Shown: positions 1 to 10,100 of the stretch, piece after piece | How positions within the stretch are numbered: position 1 is the stretch's first letter | How the letters are laid out: each line of letters begins with the position of its first letter | Assembly (NCBI GenBank): GCA_016187745.1 | Contig: JACPJC010000006.1 | Location: 115,682 to 179,681, forward strand | Length of the DNA: 64,000 bases | Reading direction: 5' to 3' | Origin: Candidatus Iainarchaeum sp. | Lineage (GTDB): Archaea; Iainarchaeota; Iainarchaeia; Iainarchaeales; JAXPJC01 | Position numbers and translations under genes: made by a program | The notes under the pieces: model-generated | Told to the model about the DNA's origin: nothing | What the model saw: only the letters and a program-made list of their open reading frames with translations | Databases searched by the model: none

Positions 1-8
1 GAAACGAA

Positions 9-398
9 ATGTCTGTTGATGCAAGGAGACGGGCTAATGTAGAGCATATATTGAGGAAAAATGAAATAGGTGGCTGTGGTGATGCTGCTGTTATTTTTGC
101 TCAATTGGCAAGGGCAAAAGGCATTCCTGTAAGGCTTGTTGATGCTGTAATGAAAGGTTATGATGGTAGAGGCGATTTTAGGGGGCATGTTTTTGCTGAT
201 GTTTTTATAAATGATAAATGGATAACTGTTGAGCCAGTTGCAGGGCGCGTTATTGGAAAAGGATACAACAGAATAGGTAAAGACAGGACAATAATTAGTT
301 ACATCCCTTATGCAAAAGGGCTTGATTTTTCATCAATGGGCACGACAACATTAAAGGCAATAAGGAGAAAATCTTCAAAATTTCTGCAGCCAGGGTAG
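9..398 (+). CDS. Transglutaminase-like domain protein (may extend 5' beyond the window)
   Basis: GGCGDAAVIFAQLARAKGIPVRLV...GHVFADVFINDKWITVEP matches the Cys-His-acid transglutaminase core pattern. Confidence 0.8.
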   Translation: MSVDARRRANVEHILRKNEIGGCGDAAVIFAQLARAKGIPVRLVDAVMKGYDGRGDFRGHVFADVFINDKWITVEPVAGRVIGKGYNRIGKDRTIISYIPYAKGLDFSSMGTTTLKAIRRKSSKFLQPG

Positions 399-447
399 TT
401 CGGAATCCTAACTCTAAACCCTTTTATAGTTTGTGCTATGGAATTAT

Positions 448-1677
448 ATGGGAGTTCTGATTTTCTTGGGCGAGAATGTTTTTGAAAAGGAATTTGCAAG
501 GGAGAGCATATTCATTGACAGGGATGCGATTTCCCCGCACTATCTGCCGGAAAAACTTCCCTTCAGGGAAAAGCAGATTGAGGAGATAAGCAAGCTTCTG
601 GGTGTGGCATTGCACGGGAAAAGGCCGGATAATCTGTTTGTTTACGGGCCCACAGGGGTTGGGAAAACCGCAACCGTAAAGCACGTTATGCAGCAGCTGC
701 AGGATTTTGCAAAGGAGAAAAATTCAAAAATTATTTCCACTTACATAAACTGCAGGAACCATAATTCCAAGTACCGCGCGATGATAAAGTGCGTGAATGA
801 TTTTTATCCCAATAATTATTTTGTGGGCTATTCCGCATCATTTGTTCATGATAAAGTTCTGGATTTTGTGAGGGGAAATGAAGGCACATTGGTTGTAGTG
901 CTGGATGAAATTGATAAGGTTAAGGACCTTGATGATTTGGTTTATGCGCTTACGCGCGCGAATGATGAATTGCAGAAGGGCGCAATCTCAATAATAGGGA
1001 TTTCAAACAATTTGATGTTCAAGGAGCGTTTGGATCCAAGAACAAAAAGCTCCCTTTGCGAGCAGGAGCTTGTTTTTGCTCCATACAATGCCTCTGAGCT
1101 GAAGGCAATCCTTGAGCAGAGGATTGCAATTGCATTCAAGCCGAATTCTGTGGAGAATTCCGCAATAAATATTGCTGCGGCATTTGCGGCAAAGGAATCC
1201 GGGGATGCGCGGACTGCGGTAATGCTTCTTCAGAGGGCGGGGGAGCTTGCGGAAAAAAACGGGCTGCAGAAAATAACAGATGAGGAAGTGAAAAAGGCAA
1301 AATCAAAAGTGGAGGAGGAAGTAATCCTCAATATGGTTTCAGCGCTTCCCGAGCAGGAGCAGCTGGTGCTTTATGCGATTTCCGCGCTTACGCTTAGGAA
1401 AAAGGGGATAAGGAAAATTACCGGAAGCGCGGATGAGGGCGCATTGTATTCGGGGGATGTGTATGAGGAATATGCAACGCTTGCGAAACACTTCAAGGCT
1501 GAAGCCGTAACGGCGCGCTGGTATAGGGAATACATAAACGAGCTGGAAATGTACGGATTGATTTTAACAACAGCATCGGGCGCGGGAATAAGGGGCAATA
1601 CAACCCTAATAAAGCTTGGATTCGACGCGGAAAAAATTAAGCAGGTATTGGAAAAGGAACTGATGCAGGGAAGCTGA
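448..1677 (+). CDS. cdc6: Orc1/Cdc6 replication initiator (alternative TTG start at 466)
   Basis: PEKLPFRE motif, Walker A GPTGVGKT, Walker B VVLDEID, sensor GDAR, C-terminal wHTH. Confidence 0.95.
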   Translation: MGVLIFLGENVFEKEFARESIFIDRDAISPHYLPEKLPFREKQIEEISKLLGVALHGKRPDNLFVYGPTGVGKTATVKHVMQQLQDFAKEKNSKIISTYINCRNHNSKYRAMIKCVNDFYPNNYFVGYSASFVHDKVLDFVRGNEGTLVVVLDEIDKVKDLDDLVYALTRANDELQKGAISIIGISNNLMFKERLDPRTKSSLCEQELVFAPYNASELKAILEQRIAIAFKPNSVENSAINIAAAFAAKESGDARTAVMLLQRAGELAEKNGLQKITDEEVKKAKSKVEEEVILNMVSALPEQEQLVLYAISALTLRKKGIRKITGSADEGALYSGDVYEEYATLAKHFKAEAVTARWYREYINELEMYGLILTTASGAGIRGNTTLIKLGFDAEKIKQVLEKELMQGS

Positions 1678-1681
1678 TTAA

Positions 1682-2029
1682 ATGGGAATAAAAACAGAAT
1701 ATAATCCTGATTTGGCATTAATAAACATTTCAGAATTTAAGAACGGGAATAGAAAAAGAGAGGAATGCATCCCCGAAAACCTCAAAGCCGGGCAAATCTG
1801 TGAGTTTCTTAAAAAGGGCCAGAGGAATTATTGGATTGAAGGTGAAATTCCTCTTTTAGAAACAAAAGGGAATCAACTACTTTCAAAACCATTAGCGAGC
1901 GTCATAATTCTTGAAGCGACACATTTTATGTTAAATGGCGAACCTTGGACAAAGGGAAAATATAAAATTGTTGAGGCCTTTGACCCTAAAGAGCCCAAGA
2001 TTCATTTCAACGGATTTGCCAGAGCATAG
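1682..2029 (+). CDS. Hypothetical protein (possibly DUF2584-like)
   Basis: Intact 115-aa ORF directly after cdc6; the family resemblance is from memory only. Confidence 0.6.
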   Translation: MGIKTEYNPDLALINISEFKNGNRKREECIPENLKAGQICEFLKKGQRNYWIEGEIPLLETKGNQLLSKPLASVIILEATHFMLNGEPWTKGKYKIVEAFDPKEPKIHFNGFARA

Positions 2030-2057
2030 ATTAAGGCTTTTGCAAAATTTTTCAAAA

Positions 2058-4253
2058 TTAAAATTCTTTTAGTGCCTTCTGCTCCATTGATGTTTCTTTT
2101 TCATCCCTGTGTTTTTTGAATTCTTCCGGGATCTGCGCTTCCTGGCCCAGCTGCTCCTTTACTTTTGCCGCAACCGCGCTCCCGAGGATGCGCGCAATGC
2201 TCTCAAATGGCGCGCCCTTCAAATCCCCAATTCCCTTTATGTTGTTTGAGAACAATCTGCGCGCCCTTACTCTCCCAATATGGCGCACTTCGCACAACGC
2301 AATCAGCTCTTCCTTAATTCCGGCTTCCATGCGCTTTCTTAGTTTCTGCAGATTTGGGAAATGCTGCTCAGTTTGCAATAATTTTGCGAGCTCCAATGCG
2401 CTGTAGAGCAGCCAGTCCGCAATGCGCAGCTTTGAGTGCAGTATCCCTGGTTGAATGTTGTAGGATTTCGTAAGGCTCTGCTCGGAAATTTCATCAATCC
2501 AGTCCTGCAGGAGAAGGGAAGTGGAGAATTTTTTTAGGATATCAGGGTCCTGGTATTGTTCCTTATCAAAATCCACTGGCAAATGTGCTTTTTGCTCTTC
2601 TGCAAGCTCGTATAATTCAGCCTGCTTTTCCTTCTGTGCGGAAATCAGCGGAGCGAACTCGGAAGTGTTTGCAAGCGCGTAAAGATAGAACAATTCTCCG
2701 TATTTTTTCCTTTGCTGCTGCAGCGCAAGAATGATTTTATATGCGGAGATTGGGTCCAAGTACAGTTCGCTTACGCGCCTTCCCAGTTTTGTTGGTTTTA
2801 TGCTTTTTGCATCGCTTTCAACGAATCCAATTTCCTGCAGCTCTGAAATTATTTCCTGGATTTTTACGAACAGTTCTGAAAGGTTTTTGTACTGGTGCGC
2901 ATAAAAGGTTCTTGAGAAGAATTTTTCCATTGAATCAAGGTCAAAAATGAAATTGTCTGAAATTGCTGAGAGGACATGCATTCTCAGAAGGGGCGCAATG
3001 CCCAGTTTTGAAGTAATATCCTCAATTTTGCCATTAACATAATTTTCAAACAGCTCATCAACCTCATCCTCGCTCCGCGCAATAAGTATGGATTCCCCGG
3101 AAGTGTCGAATTTCGGCCTTCCGGCGCGGCCCGACATTTGCTTGTAATCCCTTACGGGAATGCGCTGCTGGCCGTAGGTTTCTTCATAGCGGTAAAGGCT
3201 TGGAATAATTACGCGGAATGCAGGCATGTTGATTCCTGCGGAAAGTGTTGGCGTGGCAGAAATAATCTTCACACAATTTGCTTTAAACAACTCCTCAATA
3301 ATCTCGCGCTGTTTCTGCAATAATCCCGCGTGGTGGAATGCAATTCCCTTCTCAATAAGCGAGGCAAGAAGATTGCACTGCTCAGTGGGCATTTCAAGCA
3401 CATTAAGCGCTTCGTTTGCCTTTCTCCTCAAATGGGCTTTTTCCCTTTCAATCAGCATCTTCTCGGTAAGCGGGGCAAGGCTTTTTGCAATTGATTCCGC
3501 GCGCTTGCGCGTGTTTGCGAAAATAAGCGCCTGCTTGTTTTTCAGCTCAAGCGTATTTTTCACAATTGAATGCAGCGGCTCCTTGTAGCTGTCAATTGTT
3601 TCCTTCTGCTTTTTCTTTTCGTCAAAAATAATTTCCTCATTGAAGTAAATGCCCTCGCGCAGCTTAACAGGCCGGAAATCGCTTTCTACAAGCTTTGCAT
3701 TGAGCCATTTGGAAATTTCCTTTGCATTTGGGATTGTGGCGGAAAGCGCAAGCAATTGCAGTTTCGGATTCAGGGAAAGCATTTTTGTTATCAGCACTTC
3801 CAATGTTGCGCCCCTGTTGGAATCAAGCTCGTGGATTTCATCAATCATCAGCAGGCCGACAGCGGAGAGCCATTCAGCCCTGTGGCGGATTAATGAATCC
3901 AATTTTTCGTAAGTTGTGAAAATCAAATCATAATCCTGAAGGTATGAGGCGCTTGAATCAAGGTCGCCCGTAGAAATAGTAATGCGAATGCCCTGCTCTT
4001 TTGCATACTTGCGCCTGAAGTCATTGTAGTGTTCGGAGGCAAGCGCACGCAAAGGGCAGGTGTAAATGACCTTGCGCCTGCTGTTCATTATTGAGTGCAG
4101 GGCGCAGAGTTCCGCAATTATTGTTTTTCCGCTTGCGGTTGGCGAGGAAATTATCAAATTGCCTTCAAATGGGTTTGCCTTCAGCGCGGCAAGCTGCATG
4201 GGATTGAATTCCGGAAAGGAATTTGCTTGCAGAACTGCTTGAGAAATGTCCAT
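2058..4253 (-). CDS. hel308: Ski2-like ATP-dependent DNA helicase Hel308/Hjm
   Basis: SPTASGKT, DEIH, LSAT, FHHAGL, TPTLSAGIN, QMSGRAGRP motifs; C-terminal HhH GRVRARRLF. Confidence 0.93.
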   Translation of the reverse strand: MDISQAVLQANSFPEFNPMQLAALKANPFEGNLIISSPTASGKTIIAELCALHSIMNSRRKVIYTCPLRALASEHYNDFRRKYAKEQGIRITISTGDLDSSASYLQDYDLIFTTYEKLDSLIRHRAEWLSAVGLLMIDEIHELDSNRGATLEVLITKMLSLNPKLQLLALSATIPNAKEISKWLNAKLVESDFRPVKLREGIYFNEEIIFDEKKKQKETIDSYKEPLHSIVKNTLELKNKQALIFANTRKRAESIAKSLAPLTEKMLIEREKAHLRRKANEALNVLEMPTEQCNLLASLIEKGIAFHHAGLLQKQREIIEELFKANCVKIISATPTLSAGINMPAFRVIIPSLYRYEETYGQQRIPVRDYKQMSGRAGRPKFDTSGESILIARSEDEVDELFENYVNGKIEDITSKLGIAPLLRMHVLSAISDNFIFDLDSMEKFFSRTFYAHQYKNLSELFVKIQEIISELQEIGFVESDAKSIKPTKLGRRVSELYLDPISAYKIILALQQQRKKYGELFYLYALANTSEFAPLISAQKEKQAELYELAEEQKAHLPVDFDKEQYQDPDILKKFSTSLLLQDWIDEISEQSLTKSYNIQPGILHSKLRIADWLLYSALELAKLLQTEQHFPNLQKLRKRMEAGIKEELIALCEVRHIGRVRARRLFSNNIKGIGDLKGAPFESIARILGSAVAAKVKEQLGQEAQIPEEFKKHRDEKETSMEQKALKEF

Positions 4254-4319
4254 TAAAGACTTTGGCTGAAGAGCCTTTTAAATGATTTCGGGGGCGGATT
4301 GCCGCTGAAATTACGGGTT

Positions 4320-4976
4320 TTACCTTATGCTCAGGCCCTGGAGGGTTTTGAACATTCTTATGTCCGCGTCAATTTCTGAGAGCTTTTCCTTCAGGCTGCC
4401 TAATTTCTTCTTTGAAACCTCAATCCTGAAATTCTGCAAATCATCGGAGTATTTTGCGAGCTTCCTGTGCTTTTTGTAAACTACCGAGTGCTGCACTGTT
4501 TCCGTAAGCTGCTTGCGGTAATCAATGTTATTCACAAACATATTCACCATGGGCTTCCAGCGCTTGTCGCTTACAAGGTGCGCAGGGAGCTTTACCGCTT
4601 CCGCATCGTTCTTGTAGTCCTTGCTTGTTGCTGCCTTCAGAAGATGCTTCCAGTAAAGCGGCTCTGAAAGCTTTTTGAAGTGCTGTGTAATTTCATAGGA
4701 TTTTGCTGAATTCTGCTTTTTCTTCCAGGAGCCGTGCTGCTTCTGCAGGCTTGATCTCATTTCCTCGAGCTCCTTTATCTGGGAATTTATCCTGCTCCTG
4801 CTTGGATATGATAATTTAGGCCAGTCGTTTTCCCTTTTTTCCGCGATTGAAATTACCCCTCCTTTGGAGAAATAGCGCCTGAAGGCTTCAGCAATCCCGC
4901 CCTTGCCGTGCCTTTTCACCATTTCCGGGAAATTGCTCTCAAAGCTTTCAAATGATGAAATTATCTCATTGGCCAT
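4320..4976 (-). CDS. Hypothetical coiled-coil protein
   Basis: 218-aa ORF upstream of hel308 on the same strand; no recognised motif. Confidence 0.7.
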   Translation of the reverse strand: MANEIISSFESFESNFPEMVKRHGKGGIAEAFRRYFSKGGVISIAEKRENDWPKLSYPSRSRINSQIKELEEMRSSLQKQHGSWKKKQNSAKSYEITQHFKKLSEPLYWKHLLKAATSKDYKNDAEAVKLPAHLVSDKRWKPMVNMFVNNIDYRKQLTETVQHSVVYKKHRKLAKYSDDLQNFRIEVSKKKLGSLKEKLSEIDADIRMFKTLQGLSIR

Positions 4977-5005
4977 CTCAACCCCGAATCCTATAAATTA
5001 GATTA

Positions 5006-5129
5006 TGTTGGAGGGAGTTTATAAGATTTTTGAAGGAGAGGAAGGTATCGGAAACCTAAGGTTTCTGATTAAGGGAGGTATCGGAACCGCAGGTTCTGAT
5101 TGTTGGAGGGAGTTTATAAGATTTTTGAA
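5006..5129. repeat. Perfect 29-bp direct repeat (5006-5034, 5101-5129) enclosing two hairpin repeat units
   Basis: TGTTGGAGGGAGTTTATAAGATTTTTGAA occurs twice; the 66 bp between contain ATCGGAAAC-CTAAG-GTTTCTGAT and ATCGGAACC-GCA-GGTTCTGAT. Confidence 0.9.
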
Positions 5130-5136
5130 TTTATAT

Positions 5137-5838
5137 ATGAGCGGAATGTGCGCGATAAAGGCAATCATATTTGACATGACCGACACAATCCTTGAGTTTG
5201 ATTTTCGGAGGATGCGGGAGGAATTCGGGAAAATAATAAAGGGGCATGAGTGCACTAGGCATCTGGCAATTGGGCAGTTCATGGACGCCTATAAAGAGGC
5301 ATATGACTCATACCAGAGGGGGGAAATTCAGAACGATAATGCTTTCTGGGAAAAGATGTTTGGACTGCTTAAAGTTAATCCGAAAAAAGGGGAATTCAGG
5401 GGCATAATGAGAAGGCATCTGGCTTCGAGAAGAAAATTCGTAAAATTGCACAGGCACGCGGGGCATATTTTCGGAAGGCTGAAGAAAAAATACAGGCTTG
5501 CAATCCTATCGAATGCAGTGAGGAATTGGGCGGATTATGACTGGAAGTTCCTGAAATTCAATCCGAAAAAATATTTTGATGTGCAGCTCTACTCTCAGGA
5601 CACACGCCTGCTTAAGCCGGAGAGAAAGGCTTTTGAACTTGCTCTGCGCAAATTAAATGTAAGCGCAAAGGAGGCGCTTATGGTCGGGGACAACGAAAGC
5701 CAGGATATTCTGGGAGGCAATAGCGCGGGACTTGTTACAGTGTTTCTTGCAAACAAGTACAGGCTTTCCGGGGCGGTAAAGCCGAGGTTTGTGGTCAATT
5801 CATTGGAAGAAATTGAAAAAATTGCGGGGGAAATGTAA
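5137..5838 (+). CDS. HAD-superfamily hydrolase
   Basis: Motif I IFDMTDT, motif II ILSN, KP motif III, motif IV GDNESQDI; start moved downstream of the repeat. Confidence 0.88.
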   Translation: MSGMCAIKAIIFDMTDTILEFDFRRMREEFGKIIKGHECTRHLAIGQFMDAYKEAYDSYQRGEIQNDNAFWEKMFGLLKVNPKKGEFRGIMRRHLASRRKFVKLHRHAGHIFGRLKKKYRLAILSNAVRNWADYDWKFLKFNPKKYFDVQLYSQDTRLLKPERKAFELALRKLNVSAKEALMVGDNESQDILGGNSAGLVTVFLANKYRLSGAVKPRFVVNSLEEIEKIAGEM

Positions 5839-6212
5839 TGGGCGCGAGGAAATATGTAATTCCAGAACAAATAACTGGCGCTGCACGCAAAAACATAGCT
5901 GTCGGCTTGAAGTATGCCAGGCCGGGGGATTACATTGATAGGCTGGCAATGGCAAAACTGCAGCAGCTTGCAAGGGGCGAGCTTGCAGGAAGGGTTATTG
6001 AAAGGCTTGAATCTTATAAAAAGGAGAATTTAAGCCCAATCAAAAAGCTTGCTGTGCTATTGCGGGTTTTGAAAAAGCTTAAGCGGAAACCGACAGGAAT
6101 CCAGCAGAAAATGGCGGATGGGATTATTGATGAATTTATGATGGACGCATTGCAGAATGCTGAATTGTCAAATGAGGAATTAAGCAGGCTTCTGAGCCAG
6201 TGGAGAAGATGA
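5838..6212 (+). CDS. Hypothetical basic helical protein
   Basis: Start overlaps the HAD stop (TAATG), so probably operonic. Confidence 0.65.
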   Translation: MGARKYVIPEQITGAARKNIAVGLKYARPGDYIDRLAMAKLQQLARGELAGRVIERLESYKKENLSPIKKLAVLLRVLKKLKRKPTGIQQKMADGIIDEFMMDALQNAELSNEELSRLLSQWRR

Positions 6213-6213
6213 G

Positions 6214-6762
6214 ATGAAAGATAATTTTTTGTTGGGGATAATCGGGCCGAGCGATAGCGGGAAAAACGCACAAATTCTTGGACACTCTTTGGAGGGAAGC
6301 GCTGCGCAGATTAGGGAAATAGCGCGCTCCGCTGCTGAAATTGGAATTAAAAGAATTGCAATAGTCCCGCATAAGGGGAGCGCAAGCGAAATGTTTGCAA
6401 AGGAATTCGGAAAAAGGGAAAAGGTAATTGGCGTTGTGCCGCTGCGGGACAGGGAGTTCGGGATTTCATATCTGAATAAGGGGGTTTGCGATGAGATTGT
6501 GGATTGCGGAACATGGAGAAATTCCGCAATTAAAATGAATGAAATATGCGATGCGTTCCTGTGCCTTGGGTTTACCTGCGGCGCGCTGAATGAGGTTGCA
6601 TTCTCAAAATGGTTCAACAAAAGCAAAAAGCGCAAGAAGAAAATCCTGGTTTGCGCGTGGCGCATTTCTTCAAAGCTCCCGAAGGAGATTGAAAAGGACG
6701 TGGATTTGGTTTATGCGGGGAGCCTTGCGCAATTGAGGCAAAGGTTAAAAGGACTTGTGTGA
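6214..6762 (+). CDS. SLOG/LOG-like Rossmann nucleotide-binding protein
   Basis: GIIG start, VIGVVP, and CDAFLCLGFTCGALNE resembling the LOG-type D...GG.GTL.E motif. Confidence 0.65.
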   Translation: MKDNFLLGIIGPSDSGKNAQILGHSLEGSAAQIREIARSAAEIGIKRIAIVPHKGSASEMFAKEFGKREKVIGVVPLRDREFGISYLNKGVCDEIVDCGTWRNSAIKMNEICDAFLCLGFTCGALNEVAFSKWFNKSKKRKKKILVCAWRISSKLPKEIEKDVDLVYAGSLAQLRQRLKGLV

Positions 6763-6781
6763 ATTAATTTGGTGTGGAAAC

Positions 6782-7126
6782 ATGATTCCGGGAATTCCAG
6801 CAGGGATAAATCCAAAGCAAGTGGAAATGCTCATGCGCCAGTTCGGCATAAAGACCGAGCAGATAAATGCGAAAAGGGTAATTTTTGAGCTTGAGGATAA
6901 AAGGCTTGTCATTGAGAATCCGCAGGTCAATTCAATCATCGCGCAGGGGCAGAAGATGTACCAAGTTGTAGGGGAAGCGAAGGAAGAGGGAAAAGAGGGG
7001 ATAAATGAGGGAGATTTGAATCTGGTTATGGAGCAGAGCGGCGCAGCAAAGGCAAAGGCGGAAAAGGCGCTGAAGGAAGCAAACGGCAACATCGCTGAAG
7101 CGATAGTTAAATTGAAGAAGCCATAA
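6782..7126 (+). CDS. nac: Nascent polypeptide-associated complex protein
   Basis: NPKQVEMLMRQFGI, IENPQV, YQVVG, and C-terminal UBA ALKEANGNIAEAI. Confidence 0.93.
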   Translation: MIPGIPAGINPKQVEMLMRQFGIKTEQINAKRVIFELEDKRLVIENPQVNSIIAQGQKMYQVVGEAKEEGKEGINEGDLNLVMEQSGAAKAKAEKALKEANGNIAEAIVKLKKP

Positions 7127-7168
7127 ACAACCTGAATTTTAATATACTACTTGTTCTATAATAGAACT

Positions 7169-10100
7169 ATGCCCAGGACTGAAAAAGGACAGGCCGCGCT
7201 TGAGTATCTGATGACCTATTCCTGGGCGCTTGTTGCAATTGCAATAGTCATTGGAGTGCTTATTTTCATGGGAATTTTGAAGGCGCCTTCTGCTGGAACT
7301 TGCACAGGGCTTGAGAAGCTTGCATATGAGGACCATACCATAGATTCCAACGGGAATTTCATTCTCTACTTAAAAAACGGGGCAGGAATGCAGATTGCCA
7401 TCAACAGCATATCGCCGGGTGAAGATTTCAGCGGAAATTGCAGCGCAAGTTCCGCAATAATAAATGCAACAAAGGATTTCAATATTGTGTGTATCAATAC
7501 AGGAATAAGCGCAGGCCAAACTTATAATGGAAAAATAACAATTGAGTATATGCGCAGGAATGCAAAGCATACCGAAAGCGCGGCATGCTCAGGAACAGCG
7601 CCCTTGAGCGGGATATTTTTGGTTGCCCCTGCCCCGCAAATCATTGAGGGCTTTTTCAACGGTTCAGGGAACAATGTTGACCTGAACAACCCTGACGAGA
7701 TGACGCTTGGGGGCGGAGGGGGTAGTTATGCATTTTTTGGCAGTTATACTTCGGATGTTTTTGATGCAAACTCAACAATGGACTGGACCGCAAGCATCTC
7801 ATGGGATGAGAACGCTCCGGCAGGAACTGACATTAATTTACAAACAAGAACTTCTGACAATAATGTTGCATTTAGCGCATGGAGCGGCTATTACACAAAT
7901 CCTTCAGGAGAAGCAATTACCTCCCCTAATGGGCGCTTCATACAATATAAAGCGAATTTGAGCACTACAAACCCGGCGCTTACGCCGAGATTATTGGAAG
8001 TGAGAATGCATGGGAACCCTCTTGCGCAGAGCTGCGGCAATCTGAAAAGGGAGGGAAGCGAACAATGCGATACAAATGACCTGGCAGGATCAAATTGTGT
8101 TTTATTGGGCTATTCTTCAGGCGCCCTTGCGTGCAAGGCAGACTGCACATTTGATACGAATGGATGCGTTGGCGCAACTACTACAATGCTTTGCCCTGGC
8201 AGCAAAACCTGGACTTCCCAATCAGATTGGCAGTCCGGGGCGCTTGCAAATATTGATGCTACTTCAAGCCCTGGCAGCATAAAGCTTTCGCAGCCATCAA
8301 CCTCAGGAACATGGAACATTGTTGTTGATTCAAATGCCGCGCCAACAGACTGGAATGCGATAAGCTGGAGCGAGGACTTGAATTATGGGGGAGAGCTTGC
8401 AGGAGATGCTAACACAAAATTGCTTTTGCATTTGAATGAGGTCTCGGGTTTAACTGCTGCAGATGCAAGCGGGAATGGGAACAATGGAACACTAACAAAC
8501 GGAGCAACATGGACTTCTTCAGGGAAGTTTGGGAATGCATTGGGCTTTGATGGAATAAATGACTACATTGATGTTTCCAATGAGTCTCTTTTTGATTTTG
8601 AAAGAACTTCTCCATTTACACTAAGTGCATGGGTTAAGTGGGCTTCAGGCACTACACAAACCTTATTATCCAAACAAACAAGTGCTGGCAACGCACCAGG
8701 ATGGTTATTGATTGTTAATGCAAATGGAACTCTGGCAATGTGGCTCGTAAATGATGCAGGTGCGGGTTGGAATCTAATACATGTCGATTCGGTGAGTTCT
8801 ATAGGGCTGGGGACATGGAATCATGTAGTAATGACTTATGATGGTTCGAGTACTGCGGCCGGAGTAAAGTTGTTTATAAATGGCAATCAAAGCGGGACAA
8901 CAATAGTAACAAATACGCTTTCAGCTTCTATTCTCAACAATGTTGATGTGTGGATAGGAAATAGGCAATTTGCTGACATACCATTCAATGGTACAATTGA
9001 TGAAGCTGCTATATGGAATAGAGCACTGGGTGCAGGTGAAATCCTTGAGCACTACAAGCGCGGCGCGCTGAATCTTCGATTTAGGACAAGAAGCGCACCA
9101 ACGCAAGGCACCTTGAGTTCTGCTTCATGGGGTGGCTATTACACAGAATCCCCTTCAGCAATAGCTTCGCCGAACAACAAGTGGATTGAGGTTCAAGCAT
9201 TGCTTGAAAATTCAGATGCAAACTATACAAATTACACGCCAGTGCTGAATGATGTAAGCATCAGTTGTGCTGGCGCTCAAGGCAATCAGGCTCCTTTTGC
9301 AGGGCTTGGCGCTTCAGCATATTCGGCAAATGCTGGAAGCTATATTGCTTTTTATGGGAATACCTCCTATGACCCTGACGGGAATATTGTGAATTATGCG
9401 TGGAATTTCGGGGACGGGAATGCAGTTGCAAGCCCGGCAAACTATCCGCTGGGCGCAAAGACATTATTGCGTTTTGATGAGGGAATTGATTCGGCAGCAG
9501 GTGATGCGAGCGGAAACAACAATGGTGGAACAATAAGCGGGGCTGCTTGGACCTCTTCAGGAAAGTTCGGGAATGCGCTCGCTTTTGACGGGGTTGATGA
9601 TTATGTTAATTTGCCGCAAAAAATTACAGATGCCGAAGGAACCATATCGGCATGGATTAAAACCGGCGGCGATGTTAGCAGCGCGCAAAGGATATATTCC
9701 CAATCCACAGGGGGCGCAAGCAGCAACAGGGTAGCAGTTACGATTTTGTCTGGGGCTTTCCGTTTTGACGCAGGATTTGCGCCAGGAGGAGTTCAGTTGG
9801 ATATTGGCAATGTCCAGCCAAATACCTGGTATCATATAGTGTGGACAAGTGATGGCTCCACGATTAAAGGATATGTAAATGGGGCAAACCAGGCTTTAAC
9901 TGTTACGGGGGGGAGCAACAGCGGCCAATGGTTCAGCGGCATAACCTCAAATTATGCCAGGATCGGCAATATGCGCTATGATGATATCTCAGGAAACATC
10001 CAATATTTCAACGGCACAATCGATGAAGTTGCAATTTATAATCGCGCATTGGGCGCAGGCGAAATACTTGCCTTATACCAGGGCGGCCCTGCAGTAGTGT

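Noticed and set aside
399-447. Replication origin next to cdc6
   Set aside because: Only ~50 bp of intergenic space and no ORB-like repeats on either side
5006-5129. Mini CRISPR array
   Set aside because: Only two repeats, a 66-bp spacer made of a genomic hairpin repeat, and no cas genes
5005-5136. N-terminal extension of the HAD ORF
   Set aside because: It is a translation of the repeat region; HAD motif I begins just after ATG 5137/5146
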